From positions 192,001-256,000 of the forward strand of contig CAVWEH010000001.1 in the NCBI GenBank assembly GCA_963753975.1: a stretch of DNA of 64,000 nucleotides, read 5' to 3'. Made by a program: the position numbers and the translations under genes. This document shows positions 23,173 to 35,750 of the stretch, piece by piece (position 1 is the stretch's first letter; every line of letters begins with the position of its first letter). The notes under the pieces are model-generated. The model was not told the origin of the DNA and made no database searches. It worked only from the letters and a program-made list of their open reading frames with translations. Origin of the DNA: an uncultured delta proteobacterium (GTDB lineage: Bacteria; Desulfobacterota; Syntrophia; Syntrophales; Smithellaceae).

Positions 23173-23232
23173 AACGTCGCTATATAAGCATTCATAAATT
23201 AATATATAAAAAATCAGGAAAGGAGAAAAAGC

Positions 23233-23523
23233 ATGAATATCAGACCTTTACAGGATAGAATCATTGTAAAACGTTTGGCGGAAGAGCAAAAAACCAAGGG
23301 AGGTATCATCATCCCGGACACAGCCAAGGAAAAACCAATTGAAGGTAAAGTTATCGCCGTAGGCAGGGGCAAAGTTGCCGATGACGGTAAACTGATCAAG
23401 CTGGAAGTAAAAGCGGGCGATAAAGTTCTTTTTAACAAATACGGCGGTACCGAAGTAAAAATCGACGGTGAAGAGTATTTGATTATGAGAGAAGACGATA
23501 TTTTAGGCATTATTGAAAAATAA
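23233..23523 (+). CDS. groES: Co-chaperonin GroES
   Basis: [23 protein letters not shown]. Confidence 0.98.
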   Translation: MNIRPLQDRIIVKRLAEEQKTKGGIIIPDTAKEKPIEGKVIAVGRGKVADDGKLIKLEVKAGDKVLFNKYGGTEVKIDGEEYLIMREDDILGIIEK

Positions 23524-23534
23524 GAAAATTTTAA

Positions 23535-25193
<1,659 letters not shown>

Positions 25194-25219
25194 GTGTCAA
25201 ATAACATCAAATAAAATTG

Positions 25220-25256
25220 AAGGCCCCCGGACTGTAAAGACCGGGGGCCTTTTTTT
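25220..25256 (+). terminator. Intrinsic terminator after groEL
   Basis: AAGGCCCCCGG-loop-CCGGGGGCCTTTTTTT. Confidence 0.9.
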
Positions 25257-25320
25257 AGCACCTCGATACTATTGTGGACAAAAGTGAATTACATAAACTT
25301 GATTACTTTTTTTCAGGTAT

Positions 25321-25584
25321 CTATAAAATTATCTTCACAGCCCGATGAGCTTTCAGGGCTTCATAAAGAGCCATTCGATGACTTTCGCTTTCTACGGATA
25401 GCTCCACATTGAGACAGTGATATTTGCCCTTTTCGCTGCTACGAGAATGAGATATCTTATACGTACGATCCCGGATGATTTCTGCTACTGCACTGTGCAT
25501 CTCGTCTTCATCGGGACCGATGATCTTATAGACCCACAGACAGGGATATTCCAACTGAATTTTTTTCTTTTCGTCATCTGGCAT
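25321..25584 (-). CDS. DUF493/YbeD-like protein
   Basis: LEYPCLWVYKIIG, SSEKGKYHCLNV, LYEALKAHRAVKIIL. Confidence 0.85.
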   Translation of the reverse strand: MPDDEKKKIQLEYPCLWVYKIIGPDEDEMHSAVAEIIRDRTYKISHSRSSEKGKYHCLNVELSVESESHRMALYEALKAHRAVKIIL

Positions 25585-25827
25585 CGTACCCCATCCTTTC
25601 CATGCCGTGAACTATTTCAAATTTTGAATCTAAAATTAATTTCATATAAAGCGCCTTGTTTCTTTTAGGTAGCATGACCGGAAAATTTGTCAAGGAAATT
25701 ATTGATGTTGGCGATTTGTGGTTATGCTTGAAACTGCCGTGTTTATGTGATAGTCCACTGCCACATATAAAAAAATCTATGTATTGCGGCTTTGCCGCTA
25801 ATTTTTTTTGGATAACAGGAGCAATAA

Positions 25828-28617
25828 ATGGATTACAAAAAGAGTTTGAATCTTCCCCAAACTGATTTTCCGATGAAGGCGAATCTGGCCCAAAGAGAAC
25901 CGGAGATGCTGAAGATTTGGGAAGAAATGGATATTTATAAAAAAATAAGAAAAACCGCCAAAGGGGGCAAGTCGTTCATTCTGCACGACGGACCTCCTTA
26001 TGCCAATGGCAATATTCATCTGGGAACTGCCCTCAATAAAATCCTCAAGGATATTGTCATCAAAGCAAAAAATATGACGGGCTTTGACGGCGTTTACGTG
26101 CCGGGCTGGGATTGCCATGGCCTGCCCATTGAACATCAAGTGGATAAAGAATTGGGCAATAAAAACCTTTCCATGTCGCAAGCCGACAAACGCCGCGCCT
26201 GCAGAGTTTACGCCGAGAAATATGTCGGCATTCAGAGGGAACAATTCAAAAGACTGGGCGTTTTCGGCGAATGGGACAATCCCTATTTGACCATGGCTTA
26301 TCCTTATGAGGCAATCACCATTGCCGAATTCGGTAAACTCTATTTAAACGGCAACGTCTATAAAGGTAAGAAGCCCGTTTACTGGTGTGCTTCCTGCAAG
26401 ACGGCTCTGGCCGAGGCGGAGGTGGAATACGCCGACCATAAAACGCCGTCCATTTATGTCAAGTTCTTAATCACGTCTGATATCAGCAAAGTTTTGCCCA
26501 AGCTTTCCGGTCAAAAAGTAAGCGTGGTTATCTGGACAACAACTCCATGGACGATTCCGGCTAACCTGGCTATCGCCGTGAAAGAAGATTTTATTTATGT
26601 GGCTGTAAAAGTGGAAAACGAGGTGCTGATCCTGGCCAAAGACTTGCTTGATTACTGCCTGGATGCCTTCGGCTACAAAAATAAAAAATATGAAATTCTG
26701 GATGAATTCGCAGGTTCTGTTCTGGAAGGCCAAATTTCTGTTCATCCGCTGGTGAAGAGGGACAGCGTTTTGATCCTGGCGCCCTTTGTGACGCTCGACG
26801 CAGGAACGGGCTGCGTGCACATTGCTCCCGGCCACGGTCAGGAGGACTACGAAATCGGCCTTAAATACGGTTTGGAAAATTACGCTCCGGTGGATGATAA
26901 TGGAAAATTCACCGACGATGTCGAACACTTTGCCGGCCAGTTTGTTTTCGATGCCAATGATAACGTCATCAAAAAATTAAAGGAAGTCGGCGCGCTTCTC
27001 GGACACTTTCCCATGGAGCATTCCTACCCGCATTGCTGGCGCTGCAAGAATCCCATAATTTTCCGTTCTACCGAGCAGTGGTTTATCTCCATGGAGAAAA
27101 ACGATTTGCGCAAAAAAGCCCTGGCCTGCATCGATCAGGTTCAGTGGATTCCTTCGTGGGGGCATGACCGTATTTACGGCATGGTGGAAAGTCGCCCCGA
27201 CTGGTGTATCTCGCGCCAGAGATTATGGGGCGTTCCTATCACAGTATTTTATTGCGGCAAATGCAAAGCAGAAGTATTGACAAAAAAGATGCTCGATTAC
27301 CTGGTGAAATTAGTCAAAGCCGGCGGTGCCGATATCTGGTTTGAAAGGGAAGCGAAAGATCTGATGCCCAAAGGCACAACCTGCCCGCATTGCCAGGGTT
27401 CTGAATTTACCAAAGAAACAAATATTCTGGATGTATGGTTCGATTCGGGAGTATCTCATGCGGCCGTGTTGGAGACGAGAAAGGATTTGCACTCTCCCGC
27501 GGATATGTATCTGGAAGGCTCCGACCAGCATCGCGGCTGGTTCCATTCTTCGCTTCTGGAATCCGTAGGGACGAGAGGGCATGCGCCGTACTTGAGCGTT
27601 CTGACGCATGGATTTGTCGTAGACGGCGAGGGCAAGAAAATGTCCAAATCTCTGGGCAATACCATCGAGGCCGAAGAAGTTATTGATAAATACGGCGCCG
27701 AAATTCTGCGGCTTTGGGTGGCAGCCGAAGACTACACCGATGATATCCGGATTTCCGATGAAATTCTCAAGCGCCTGGTAGAAGCCTACCGCCGAATTCG
27801 CAATACCGGCAGGTTCATTCTGGGTAATCTCTATGATTTCGATGTCCAGTCCGCAATGGTCAATTACAAACAGATGGAAGAAATGGACAAGTGGGCATTA
27901 CACCGTCTGCAGGAAGTAATCCGGCGCGTGAAGGAAGCCTACGAGCGCCACCAATTCCATATTGTTTTCTATACTCTTTACAATTATTGCACGGTTGATT
28001 TGAGCGCCCTGTATCTTGATGTTTTAAAAGACCGGCTTTATACGAGCAAGGCTAAATCACCGGCGCGGCGTTCCGGACAGAGCGCGATGTTCATTATTTT
28101 GCAGGCAATGATGCAGCTTTTGGCTCCCATACTTACTTTTACCGCAGAGGAGGTATGGGCGGCTCTGCCCTCCTGGAAGGGGAAAGAAGCGAGCATCCAC
28201 ATGACGCAATTTCCGGAAGTAAACGCAAAGTATGTCGATGAGAAATTGGGGGAACGCTGGAAGGTGATGATCGATGCCAAAGCGGAAATTTCCAAAGCCG
28301 TGGAGCAGGCGCGAAAAGAAAAAATTATCGGCCATTCGCTTGACGCGCGCGTGAGTCTGGCGCCGCCGGAAAAAATGCGTGGCTTATTTAAAGAGCACCT
28401 GGAGGATCTGCGGGCCTTGTTGATCGTTTCTCAGCTGCAACTGGCCGATGAGAAAGAAATCAGTAATCCCTATAAGAGCGAAGAAATTAAAGGATTAACG
28501 GTTGGCGTGGGGAAAGCTCGCGGAATCAAATGCGAGCGCTGCTGGATTTATTCCGAATCAGTAGGGGCAGACAAACAGCATCCGGCTGTTTGCGACCGTT
28601 GCTTAACTAACTTGTAA
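25828..28617 (+). CDS. ileS: Isoleucine--tRNA ligase (type 1)
   Basis: [29 protein letters not shown]-terminal CERCW...CDRC. Confidence 0.98.
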   Translation: MDYKKSLNLPQTDFPMKANLAQREPEMLKIWEEMDIYKKIRKTAKGGKSFILHDGPPYANGNIHLGTALNKILKDIVIKAKNMTGFDGVYVPGWDCHGLPIEHQVDKELGNKNLSMSQADKRRACRVYAEKYVGIQREQFKRLGVFGEWDNPYLTMAYPYEAITIAEFGKLYLNGNVYKGKKPVYWCASCKTALAEAEVEYADHKTPSIYVKFLITSDISKVLPKLSGQKVSVVIWTTTPWTIPANLAIAVKEDFIYVAVKVENEVLILAKDLLDYCLDAFGYKNKKYEILDEFAGSVLEGQISVHPLVKRDSVLILAPFVTLDAGTGCVHIAPGHGQEDYEIGLKYGLENYAPVDDNGKFTDDVEHFAGQFVFDANDNVIKKLKEVGALLGHFPMEHSYPHCWRCKNPIIFRSTEQWFISMEKNDLRKKALACIDQVQWIPSWGHDRIYGMVESRPDWCISRQRLWGVPITVFYCGKCKAEVLTKKMLDYLVKLVKAGGADIWFEREAKDLMPKGTTCPHCQGSEFTKETNILDVWFDSGVSHAAVLETRKDLHSPADMYLEGSDQHRGWFHSSLLESVGTRGHAPYLSVLTHGFVVDGEGKKMSKSLGNTIEAEEVIDKYGAEILRLWVAAEDYTDDIRISDEILKRLVEAYRRIRNTGRFILGNLYDFDVQSAMVNYKQMEEMDKWALHRLQEVIRRVKEAYERHQFHIVFYTLYNYCTVDLSALYLDVLKDRLYTSKAKSPARRSGQSAMFIILQAMMQLLAPILTFTAEEVWAALPSWKGKEASIHMTQFPEVNAKYVDEKLGERWKVMIDAKAEISKAVEQARKEKIIGHSLDARVSLAPPEKMRGLFKEHLEDLRALLIVSQLQLADEKEISNPYKSEEIKGLTVGVGKARGIKCERCWIYSESVGADKQHPAVCDRCLTNL

Positions 28618-28640
28618 GTTTACCTTCGGGAGTTTTTTTT

Positions 28641-29135
28641 GTGAAAAGAAATATAGTTTTGTTCATTTTGGGCGCAATTGCTATCATTGTATCGGATCAA
28701 GTAACAAAAGCCGTGATTACCGAAAAGTTATTCGTGTATGGCTCGTATCAGGTGATCGACGGTTTTTTCAGCCTTGTCTATGTAATGAATCCCGGCGCGG
28801 CTTTCGGTTTTCTGGCCGGGACACCCGAAATATTTCGCTATCTTTTCTTTATCGGCGTTACCGTCCTGGCTATTTTGCTGATCATTTATTATATTTCCAA
28901 AAGTAAGTCGCAAGACGTGCTTATGGTGATATCTCTTACTTTAATCTTCGGCGGTGCCGTGGGCAATCTTATCGACCGGATACGTTTCGGCGCGGTTGTG
29001 GATTTTCTCGATTTTTATATCGGTGTTTGGCACTGGCCGGCGTTTAACGTGGCTGATTCGGCTATATCCGTCGGCGCCGCGTTGATGATCTGGGAAATGC
29101 TGGTAAGCCGCAAGAGAACAAGTTCGTCAAGGTAA
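28641..29135 (+). CDS. lspA: Lipoprotein signal peptidase
   Basis: NPGAAFG, GNLIDR, VVDFLD, WPAFNVADSAI. Confidence 0.97.
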   Translation: MKRNIVLFILGAIAIIVSDQVTKAVITEKLFVYGSYQVIDGFFSLVYVMNPGAAFGFLAGTPEIFRYLFFIGVTVLAILLIIYYISKSKSQDVLMVISLTLIFGGAVGNLIDRIRFGAVVDFLDFYIGVWHWPAFNVADSAISVGAALMIWEMLVSRKRTSSSR

Positions 29136-29141
29136 AAATAT

Positions 29142-30173
29142 ATGTACTATCGTAGTTTAGGTAAAACAGGACTTAAAGTGTCCGTAGTGGGATTTGGCGG
29201 GATTCCGATAATCCGCTTGAAGACCGATGAAACTATAAAAATTTTACGCCATGCTTATGATAAAGGAATCACGTTTTATGATACGGCCAATATGTACCGG
29301 GATAGCGAGTCCAAAATCGGTCAAGCGCTGTCCTCTCTCCGTGACAAGATAGTTCTTGCGACAAAAACGATTATGCGCGATGCGGCAGGATTACGGAAGC
29401 AGCTCGAACGAAGCCTTAAAATGCTACAGACTGATTACATTGATTTGTATCAATTTCATCAAGTGGCCAATGATGAGGAATGGGGGAAAATTACAAAAGA
29501 CAGCGGAGCTTTGAATGAAGCTAGTAAAGCAAAGAAAGAAGGCAAAATTAGATTTTTAGGTGTTACTTCGCACAATCTGCAGATGGCGGTTAAACTGGTC
29601 AAAACCGGATTATTCGACACGATTCAATTTCCCTTCAATTTTATTGAACCGGAAGCAAAAGACGAACTGCATAGCTATTCGCGAAAAAAGGGATTAGGGA
29701 TAATCGCCATGAAACCCTTTGCCGGTGGTGTAATTGACAATGCCGCCCTGGCGTTTAAATATCTGCGGCAATTTCCCTATGCCATACCCATTCCCGGAAT
29801 TGATTCGGTACAATCTGTGGATGAAATCGTTTCCATTTATGAACGTCCGAATGAAATTACCGATAAGGATTTGAAAAGCATGGAAAAATACCGGCAAGAA
29901 TTAGGCCGTGAATTCTGCCGCCGTTGTGAATATTGTCAGCCCTGCCCGAATGGGGTAATGATTACTCCGGCGATGGGCTATCCGATTGTAGCCAGCCGCA
30001 TGTCTCCAAAAGTTTCGGTTGAGTTTTTGAAAATTCCGATGGAATCTATTCAAAACTGCATCGAGTGCGGAATTTGCAGCGAAAGATGCCCGTATGAGTT
30101 GCCCATTCCTGAGTTACTCAAAAAGAATTACGATTTATTCGAAACGCACCGCGCACAAATAGGATCAAAATAA
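29142..30173 (+). CDS. Aldo/keto reductase with C-terminal 4Fe-4S dicluster
   Basis: LGKTGLKVSVVGFG, YDTANMY, CRRCEYCQPCP, CIECGICSERCP. Confidence 0.92.
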   Translation: MYYRSLGKTGLKVSVVGFGGIPIIRLKTDETIKILRHAYDKGITFYDTANMYRDSESKIGQALSSLRDKIVLATKTIMRDAAGLRKQLERSLKMLQTDYIDLYQFHQVANDEEWGKITKDSGALNEASKAKKEGKIRFLGVTSHNLQMAVKLVKTGLFDTIQFPFNFIEPEAKDELHSYSRKKGLGIIAMKPFAGGVIDNAALAFKYLRQFPYAIPIPGIDSVQSVDEIVSIYERPNEITDKDLKSMEKYRQELGREFCRRCEYCQPCPNGVMITPAMGYPIVASRMSPKVSVEFLKIPMESIQNCIECGICSERCPYELPIPELLKKNYDLFETHRAQIGSK

Positions 30174-30188
30174 TAGGTAAATATCAAT

Positions 30189-30224
30189 AAAAAATCCCCG
30201 AAAGGGAACCTCTCGGGGATTTTT
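30189..30224. terminator. Bidirectional intrinsic terminator
   Basis: AAAAAATCCCCGA-loop-TCGGGGATTTTT between convergent genes. Confidence 0.85.
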
Positions 30225-30245
30225 ATCTTTGACAAAATCAATTTC

Positions 30246-31673
30246 TTAGAATGTCAATGTCAGTTTATTAATGACCATGTATTCGTCTCTAACGTGGTTG
30301 TTTTCGGACGCTAAGCCTTTGTAATAATCACCTACCCACCAGTAACCAACGCCTAGCATGTACGACAGGTTATTGGTGATTTTGTAATTACCGGTAACGT
30401 CAAGTTCCCAGCCGTAAGACAAGCCGGCATAACCCGCCGGAACGGCTGAAGCAGGCTGGTCGGCGGTTGCATAGGCTAGGGAAGCCTTAATATCTAAAGC
30501 AGAAGTAGGTCTAACACCGGCGTTGATTTGATAGAACCAAGCATTGCTCATGCCTGCGCTATTGGTCAGAGCATCGTTGCCTGGAAGAGGTCCAACCCAA
30601 TAAGTGCGATCATAGTAGTTGAACATGATCAAGCAGGGATTCCAATCCTGGCCGCCACTCAAAGTACCGCCTTCCTGCCTGTCCGTAGTGCCGGGATTGT
30701 CACCCGATACATAGGCAAAAGTGCCGCCGAAATAGATTGGGCCAAAAGTAGCGGTGGCGTCAAGAAAAGCGGCCAAATTGTCCAGTCTAACGTCTTGACC
30801 GGTAATGCCGCTATCATAAGTTTTTGCTTGACCCACGGCATAGTCGACTTCTGCCTGTATGTCCACAGGGCCGATTTTGCCGATAAAGTAAGGTACGAAA
30901 CCGACATATTTTGTTGCATAGTTGCCTACTGCGGGTGGTGTTGTTGCCGTTGGATTTGGTCTGTTTTGGTCATAGTTGTAGTAAGTGACTTTCATGCCTG
31001 CCTTGCCATTCTTCCATTGATAAGATCCTTCCAGACCATATTTATCAGCATCCGCATCCGTGTAGGTTGCGCCGGTATTAACAGCCGAGTAGCTCGAGTC
31101 CTGCACTTTTGTTATATCGAGACCAATCGTTACCGGGCCGGTAGTATAATAATATCTTATCCGGCCGCGCCCTCCGATTATGCTGTCGCCGAAAACGGTT
31201 CCCGTTGGTCCGTCATCCATATAGCCGACCTTGAACAAACCGATGGGCGAAGTATATTCAATGTAGGCCCAATCAAAGGCGATATTTTCATCTTCCGCCC
31301 TGGTTCCTGCCGATGGCCAGGACGTACTCGGATAACCGCCGGTTCCGGGATTTGATCTTTGACCACCCCAGATTCTTTCCAGAGCGTCAAAACGGGTGAT
31401 CAGCTTCAGGCCCGGAGAAATGACAAAATCCGTCCGGACGCGCAGTCTCTGATAATAGAAGGCTGTGCTCTCATTGTTCATGTTGGTCGATATAGTCGGC
31501 ACACCGCTGGTGTACTTACTGATGTAAGTATCTCCTTTTACCAAAGATACCTGATCCAGATACATTCCGGCTGCGAAATAAGAGCCGCTAAATTGAACAT
31601 CGACCGCGAAGGCCGACACACTGAAGGCCATAACCAGCCCCAGCGACAACAAAACTAACCAAAATCTCTTCAT
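30246..31673 (-). CDS. Outer-membrane beta-barrel porin-like protein
   Basis: Signal peptide ending AFA, aromatic alternating beta-strands, C-terminal NKLTLTF BAM signal. Confidence 0.85.
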   Translation of the reverse strand: MKRFWLVLLSLGLVMAFSVSAFAVDVQFSGSYFAAGMYLDQVSLVKGDTYISKYTSGVPTISTNMNNESTAFYYQRLRVRTDFVISPGLKLITRFDALERIWGGQRSNPGTGGYPSTSWPSAGTRAEDENIAFDWAYIEYTSPIGLFKVGYMDDGPTGTVFGDSIIGGRGRIRYYYTTGPVTIGLDITKVQDSSYSAVNTGATYTDADADKYGLEGSYQWKNGKAGMKVTYYNYDQNRPNPTATTPPAVGNYATKYVGFVPYFIGKIGPVDIQAEVDYAVGQAKTYDSGITGQDVRLDNLAAFLDATATFGPIYFGGTFAYVSGDNPGTTDRQEGGTLSGGQDWNPCLIMFNYYDRTYWVGPLPGNDALTNSAGMSNAWFYQINAGVRPTSALDIKASLAYATADQPASAVPAGYAGLSYGWELDVTGNYKITNNLSYMLGVGYWWVGDYYKGLASENNHVRDEYMVINKLTLTF

Positions 31674-31838
31674 TTTTTTCCTCCTAAATTTAGATTTTTT
31701 CCTTAAAAATGGGCGTTTTTAAGGGATTGCATTTTTATTTTTAATGCAATCGCTTGCGCAATGTACACGCCGTTTATTACAAAATGATGACAAGTCAGTT
31801 AAACTATGAAAAGATAAAAATTTTATTGCCGATTTTTA

Positions 31839-32196
31839 TTCGTGAAACTCCAATTCTGAAAGCGAAGTGAATCGGAATTGGTAAGTTGTAATGAGACTCA
31901 AATTTCAGAAACACAGTGAACTGAAATTTACAAGTCGAATTATACCGCTTGGAAGCGGTGAACAATCCCGCAAAGCGGTGGTCGTGAAACTCCAATTCTA
32001 ATGAAACTCAGCTATTATCCCGTTCCGGGATGTCGCGTTTGTGAAAATAGCCTTCGGCTCCTTCCAGGAGGGCTCCACAAGCGCAGTGCAGTTCGAAGCG
32101 TAAGTGGAATTGATCCCGTATAAGCAGGGATATAATACCCCGCAATTTGCTGCGGAATCGGTTTCCAAGGCTCGCTTTAGGGTTCATACCCATGAT
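31839..32196 (+). repeat. Modular palindromic intergenic repeat, copy C (longest, compound)
   Basis: Contains TCGTGAAACTCCAATTC twice, ATGAGACTCAAATTTCAG...CTGAAATTT, AACAATCCCGCA, TATAATACCCCGCAATTTGCTGCGG and GGTTCATACCCATGAT. Confidence 0.85.
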
Positions 32197-32627
32197 TTCT
32201 TTTGAAAAATGTTAAATTTATGGTGAACTAACATCTTTTAAATGTTCTGTAAATATTTATTTGGATAAATAAGTAATAAATTGTAATAAAATATGATTTA
32301 TTTAAGTCAGAGCTAACTAAGGAAACTTAGCGACTATAGAGACGTTCCTCGAATCGATCTATATGAATGTTTAAATAATTCAATTATACAGAAATAGATG
32401 AAGGTTTTATTCGTTAATATATTGATTTTTTTGACTGATAAATTATCGTCATTGAATATAATCTAAGGCTTGTGTTTGTTTAGCGGTTAAGTACAGATAA
32501 CTTCTTTGCCTGGATGATGGAATAAAATATTATAAAAAGAATCATTCATTTATCACATAGGGCGGTTGACGTTAAACACCTTCAGCTTGAAAATATCTAC
32601 AAATTGACAGCTGGCGACAAATTATCG

Positions 32628-32918
32628 TTACGTCTTGGAATTTTTTAATTTGTTTAACGCTTCCTTATATCTCTCAGCTTCAGCCTTCACCAACTCGATT
32701 TCTTCTTTAGCTTTTTCCAATTTTGCTTCTTGGCTCTGGCGTTCTTCGCTGATTTTATCCTGTATTTCGTCGATTCCCACATAAACAGCCAAAGCTCCTC
32801 CCAAAAGCAAGAAAATCGGAAATGCTCCTTTTACTATCGTCATGAAATCCGACCACCAAAATATTAAGCTGATTAATCCTAAAACGGCGGAAATGATTCC
32901 TCCAATGAGCAAAGACAT
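32628..32918 (-). CDS. Small two-TM membrane protein with coiled-coil tail
   Basis: ATG at 32918 after GGAGG; two hydrophobic helices followed by an E/K-rich helix. Confidence 0.75.
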   Translation of the reverse strand: MSLLIGGIISAVLGLISLIFWWSDFMTIVKGAFPIFLLLGGALAVYVGIDEIQDKISEERQSQEAKLEKAKEEIELVKAEAERYKEALNKLKNSKT

Positions 32919-33108
32919 AGGTAACCCTCCTGCGGACATAAAAAAATTAATAAAAAATAATAGATTACATTTTACTCTTTTTTTCCTATCACGAAAAGAA
33001 TGCTTAGGCAAGTTGGAAATAGATGATTATTAAGGGTAAAAATACTTCTTGATTTAAAGTAGTTCATCATTTAAATAAAAATTAAATTAATGAAGACATA
33101 AGGATAAA

Positions 33109-33483
33109 ATGATTGAACTTAATTTTGCCAAAGGGGATGGTTTAATCCCCGTGATTGTTCAAGATGTTGAAACTAAAGAAATTCTCATGCTGGCTTATAT
33201 GAACAGCCAATCATGGGAAGCGACTCTGCAGACGGGTAGAGCAACTTATTGGAGCCGCTCACGTAAGAAGCTCTGGGTAAAAGGAGAAACATCGGGACAT
33301 TTCCAAATAATTAAAGCTGTTTTTATCGATTGTGATAATGATTCGATTTTGTTGCAGGTAAAACAATTAGGTGAGGCGGCTTGCCATACGGGTTATAAAT
33401 CCTGTTTTTATCGAAAGCTCGTGGGCGATAATTTTGTTGTCGTCGGGGAAAAAATTTTTAATCCCCAGGAAGTATATAAATGA
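33109..33483 (+). CDS. hisI: Phosphoribosyl-AMP cyclohydrolase
   Basis: [27 protein letters not shown]. Confidence 0.96.
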   Translation: MIELNFAKGDGLIPVIVQDVETKEILMLAYMNSQSWEATLQTGRATYWSRSRKKLWVKGETSGHFQIIKAVFIDCDNDSILLQVKQLGEAACHTGYKSCFYRKLVGDNFVVVGEKIFNPQEVYK

Positions 33484-34352
33484 AAATTTTAAAATTAGGA
33501 ATTCCCAAAGGATCACTGGAAGAAAATACCGTAGATTTATTTAAAAAGGCGGGTTGGCGTATTACCTATGACAGCCGTAGCTATTTCCCCGATATCGATG
33601 ATCCGGAAATTTCGTGCACTCTGGTTCGGGCGCAGGAGATTTCTCGTTATGTCGAAGATGGCACTTTGGATTTGGGTTTGACGGGCATTGATTGGATTTT
33701 GGAAAATTCATCGGATGTAGTTACCGTGCAGGATTTGATTTACTCCAAAGTCTCAATGCGGCAGGCGCGTTGGGTGCTTGTTGTCCGTGAAGATTCACCT
33801 TATCAGACAATTGAAGACATGGAAGGGAAAAAAATATCGACGGAATTGGTTAATTTTACAAGAAAATACTTTGCCCAGAAAAATATCAATGTTCATATTG
33901 AATTTTCTTGGGGGGCGACTGAAGCCAAAGTAGTGGAAGGCCTGGTAGATGCCGTTGTGGAAGTTACGGAAACCGGCTCCACGATTAAAGCCAATAAACT
34001 GCGGATTATTCACGAACTCATGAAGACCAACACGCAGTTGATTGCCAATCGCACTTCTTGGAACGATTCCTGGAAGCGAAAGAAAATAGAGCAAATCAAG
34101 ACAATGCTTACGGGTTCGCTGCAAGCGATGGGGAAAGTAGGACTAAAGCTGAATGTTTCTAAAGAAAATTTAAAGAAGGTTATGGCCTTGCTTCCTTCAC
34201 TGAAATCACCCACAATTTCCAGCTTGTCTTCACAGGAATGGTTTGCGGTAGAATCCATTGTAGATGCAAAAAGCATGAGAGATCTGATCCCTGTGCTTCT
34301 GGAAGCGGGGGCGCAGGGTATAATAGAGTATTCATTAAACAAAGTTGTTTAA
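33480..34352 (+). CDS. hisG: ATP phosphoribosyltransferase, long form
   Basis: [24 protein letters not shown]-terminal regulatory domain PSLKSPTIS. Confidence 0.96.
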   Translation: MKILKLGIPKGSLEENTVDLFKKAGWRITYDSRSYFPDIDDPEISCTLVRAQEISRYVEDGTLDLGLTGIDWILENSSDVVTVQDLIYSKVSMRQARWVLVVREDSPYQTIEDMEGKKISTELVNFTRKYFAQKNINVHIEFSWGATEAKVVEGLVDAVVEVTETGSTIKANKLRIIHELMKTNTQLIANRTSWNDSWKRKKIEQIKTMLTGSLQAMGKVGLKLNVSKENLKKVMALLPSLKSPTISSLSSQEWFAVESIVDAKSMRDLIPVLLEAGAQGIIEYSLNKVV

Positions 34353-34366
34353 GTATTGAGGCGATT

Positions 34367-34954
34367 ATGGCTAGAAGCGCAAAAATTATCCGCAAAACAA
34401 CGGAAACAGACATACAACTGGAAATCAGCCTGGATAAAGTTGGTGAAACAAAGATTGCCACAACCATCCCTTTTCTCGACCATATGCTGGAACTCTTTGC
34501 GCGTCATGGTTTTTTTAAACTCATTGTCAAAAGCAAAGGGGACACTCAAATTGATGACCATCATTTGGTGGAAGATCTAGGCATTTGTCTGGGACAAGCC
34601 GTGGGGAAGGCATTGGGTAAGAAAACCGGCATTAATCGTTATGGTTCGGCCTCGGTACCGATGGATGAATGCTTATGCCGCGTAGATTTGGATATTTCCG
34701 GCCGGCCATATCTGATTTATAATATCAAATATGAACGCAGAAAGATAGGCGGCTTTGATCCGGCTTTGATTAAAGAATTTTTTAAGGCGTTTACCGATCA
34801 CAGCGGCGTAACATTACACATCAACCTGGTTTATGGCAGTAATAGTCACCACATTATTGAAGCGGCATTCAAGGCTTTTGCCCGAGCCTTGAGGAAAGCC
34901 GTAACTTTAAACAAAAATATAGAAGGAGTCCTATCTACCAAGGGGAGTCTTTAA
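34367..34954 (+). CDS. hisB: Imidazoleglycerol-phosphate dehydratase
   Basis: RKTTETDI, FLDHML, DDHHLVED, NSHHIIEA, STKGSL. Confidence 0.97.
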   Translation: MARSAKIIRKTTETDIQLEISLDKVGETKIATTIPFLDHMLELFARHGFFKLIVKSKGDTQIDDHHLVEDLGICLGQAVGKALGKKTGINRYGSASVPMDECLCRVDLDISGRPYLIYNIKYERRKIGGFDPALIKEFFKAFTDHSGVTLHINLVYGSNSHHIIEAAFKAFARALRKAVTLNKNIEGVLSTKGSL

Positions 34955-34974
34955 AAAAAGTGAGGTAAAAAAAA

Positions 34975-35664
34975 TTGTTCAATTATTTTCGGAAAAAACT
35001 TAGCTGTATTGCCGGATTTATCTTAGTCGCTCTTTTGAGTTTGTCGGCTACAACTCAAGCCGCGGAAGAAAACATGGAAAGTCCTAAAGCACCAGTGCGC
35101 ATCGGCGTCATTTCGTTTCAACCCTTAATCCCGGAGGAAGGTGGATTGGGAACTGCAGTCGTCTGTCCACTTTGCAGCACGGGTTATTCCAGCGGAAGAA
35201 TATTAAAGGGAGCGGAAAAAATAGTCGAGAATATCTTTATTGAAAAATTGCGTGAGTTGAAAGAAGTACAAATAATTCCTCTTGATAAGGCGCAAAGCGT
35301 CTATAAGAGAATTTCTTCGGAATCGTTCAAAAAGCCTTTACTGGAGGTTTTGAAAAAAGTCGGCAATGAATTGGGAGCGGATGCCTTAGCCCTGGGTTAT
35401 ATTTACCGTTATACCGAAAGAGTGGGTTACGACTTTTCTACTGAACATCCGGCTTCTGTAGCTTTTGAGATTTATATTATTAAACCAATTGACGGCAGTA
35501 CAATTTGGCGGGGGATTTTTGATAAAACGCAAAAATCACTTATGGAAGATTTATTCCAAGTATCTTCGTTTTATAAAGGCGGCGGTAAATGGGTTACCGC
35601 AGAAGAACTGTCGAAACAAGGCATGGATGAAATTTTCGAGACATTTCCGGGCTTTGTACGTTAA
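34975..35664 (+). CDS. Exported hypothetical protein
   Basis: Signal peptide ending AQA-like (TTQA), CPLC motif, GADALALGYIYRY...HPASVAF. Confidence 0.7.
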   Translation: MFNYFRKKLSCIAGFILVALLSLSATTQAAEENMESPKAPVRIGVISFQPLIPEEGGLGTAVVCPLCSTGYSSGRILKGAEKIVENIFIEKLRELKEVQIIPLDKAQSVYKRISSESFKKPLLEVLKKVGNELGADALALGYIYRYTERVGYDFSTEHPASVAFEIYIIKPIDGSTIWRGIFDKTQKSLMEDLFQVSSFYKGGGKWVTAEELSKQGMDEIFETFPGFVR

Positions 35665-35750
35665 AAATTACCATTCAGGCGATAATTGTTTTTTCTTCTC
35701 GAAATTTTTCCACCGTGATTTTGAACTTTTTTCCGCTAGGGAGTGTTTAT

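Noticed and set aside
30528..31355. 275-aa plus-strand ORF
   Set aside because: Antisense to the porin gene.
32310..32345. c-di-GMP-I riboswitch-like hairpin (GCTAA-CTAAG-GAAA-CTTAG-CGAC)
   Set aside because: Lacks the following GCAAAGC and P3 stem, and no co-oriented gene lies downstream.
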